Source: Hypanus sabinus
Taxonomy: Eukaryota
Direction of reading: 5' to 3'
DNA: 64,000 nucleotides
Assembly (NCBI RefSeq): GCF_030144855.1
Contig: NC_082727.1
Coordinates: 42,036,001 to 42,100,000, forward strand
A program made the position numbers and the translations under genes. The first letter of the stretch is position 1, and every line of letters starts with the position of its first letter. Under the pieces are notes generated by a model, which saw nothing but the letters and a program-made list of their open reading frames with translations, searched no databases and was not told the DNA's origin. Positions 62,637 to 64,000 of this stretch are shown piece by piece.

Positions 62637-64000
62637 TATTTATTGGTGTATAAATATACCATTGAGAGTATAATTATATGTAGATAATATTTGAAAGCAT
62701 TTTGAAAAATAGAAGCTTTCTGTTATTTGTTGGAGATAATTTAACAATTACTCAAATAGATTGTGCATTTTTGGTTCAGGGTGTAAATCCTTGGATAAAA
62801 TTTTCATTGTTCAAAATGACTTTTATCTATCACAGGGCACATAAGCGAGGACTAGCCTTTATGTAGGCAGCTTGCATGTCTCAGGTTGTTGCCATTTTTA
62901 ATTAAAGATGGAAAAATTCACTAGCTGCAAATCTAATCTGAGTGATGGTTACAATGTTTGCTTAAAGATATGTGTGTATTTGCCCATCAAGGACAAGGCT
63001 CTGAAAGGTTTGCTTTTGATGATGTAATCAGGCTTAAATCATCTTGTGTGCTGAACAGCAGGTTTTCCCCAAATAACTTCTGCATGCTTGAAATAAATTT
63101 ATTCATGTGGAGATATAGCCAGAATATTTTCGAAGACCAGCAATTTACAGATATTGCCTGATTAGATATAATTGTATTAAGTACCTACCAAATTTAATCT
63201 CAAGTGGAGATTAAGAAAGAGAGAAGAGGCATGTATTATGTAACTTCCAAAATTAATCTCAAACTGAGAAGATCAAGCAAGGGAGATGGGAATTTTACGC
63301 TTATACAAAAATTGTTGCTCAAGGATTAAAGTAATTTGGAAAGTTAGATTGACAAGAACGTCATATGTTAATCAATAGAAGCTAAGAGATTGTTAACAAA
63401 CAATTCATAGACCTAGGATTAAAGAAGAAATTGATATTATTAATGCTTCTTCTAATGACTTCAGATGTAGCATCTTGTCTGTATAGGAATGGAGACCCAC
63501 CAGTATCAAATACAAGGATCAGATTGCATGTTTGACCCACCATCTTGTTGGCTTCTTGTTGCCTGATAAAATTACACGATTATGCATGTTGCTGGAGCTG
63601 ACACAGTTCTGAGTGACTGTGTGAATACTTTGAGTGGTTAGCACTAACTAACTTGCACGGTTAATGTTGATCTTAAAGGAGAAGCAGGCATTCGGGAACT
63701 CAATCTTACCTGGGAGCTATATTATATGTGAGTGGCATAAGACAGGAGAGAGGGAAAGACTAGATTTACTGACATAGCACGAGAGATCTTAGCAGAAAGA
63801 AGGAATGATGTACTGTATCCACAGGGGACAGATGGTCTCCTGACATACTTTCAAATGACAGAGGAAGGAGACAGCCAAGACAGTCATTGCCAAAGGTCAG
63901 CTTGGAAGCAATTCAGCAAGGAGTAAAGGTCTAGTGAAAGCCAGTGAATGCATTATTAAGTGAAATATCCTACCATATAAAAATAGCAGTCTTACACACT

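Overview
Repeat-rich vertebrate genomic DNA, probably from a cartilaginous fish (inferred from V-SINE/HE1-like SINEs, CR1/HER1-like LINE ends and Penelope-like remnants). The only host gene I can support is DNTT (terminal deoxynucleotidyl transferase) on the + strand. Three coding exons are present, equivalent to human exons 8, 9 and 10 (24798-24900, 30547-30846, 54181-54264); they are phase-compatible and carry all three catalytic aspartates. I did not find exon 7 or exon 11, so the rest of the window is probably intronic. The introns hold two young, full-length copies of one compact (~4.4 kb) Gypsy-type LTR retrotransposon in inverted orientation (7843-12220 +, 46835-51311 -), bracketing exons 8-9. 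Both copies lack a tRNA primer-binding site and instead have a perfect 16-nt complement to their own LTR (self-priming), and both have YLDN in place of YxDD in RT. Penelope-like pieces carry minimal hammerhead ribozyme motifs, including short fold-back mini-elements, one with a 13-bp TSD. Also present: a HERO-like RLE element with terminal direct repeats, CR1, Rex1/Babar and RTE-related LINE pieces, SINEs, and Tc1/mariner, pogo and hAT non-autonomous transposons. There is a 212-N assembly gap at 20894-21105. Repeat family names come from recalled motifs, not database searches.
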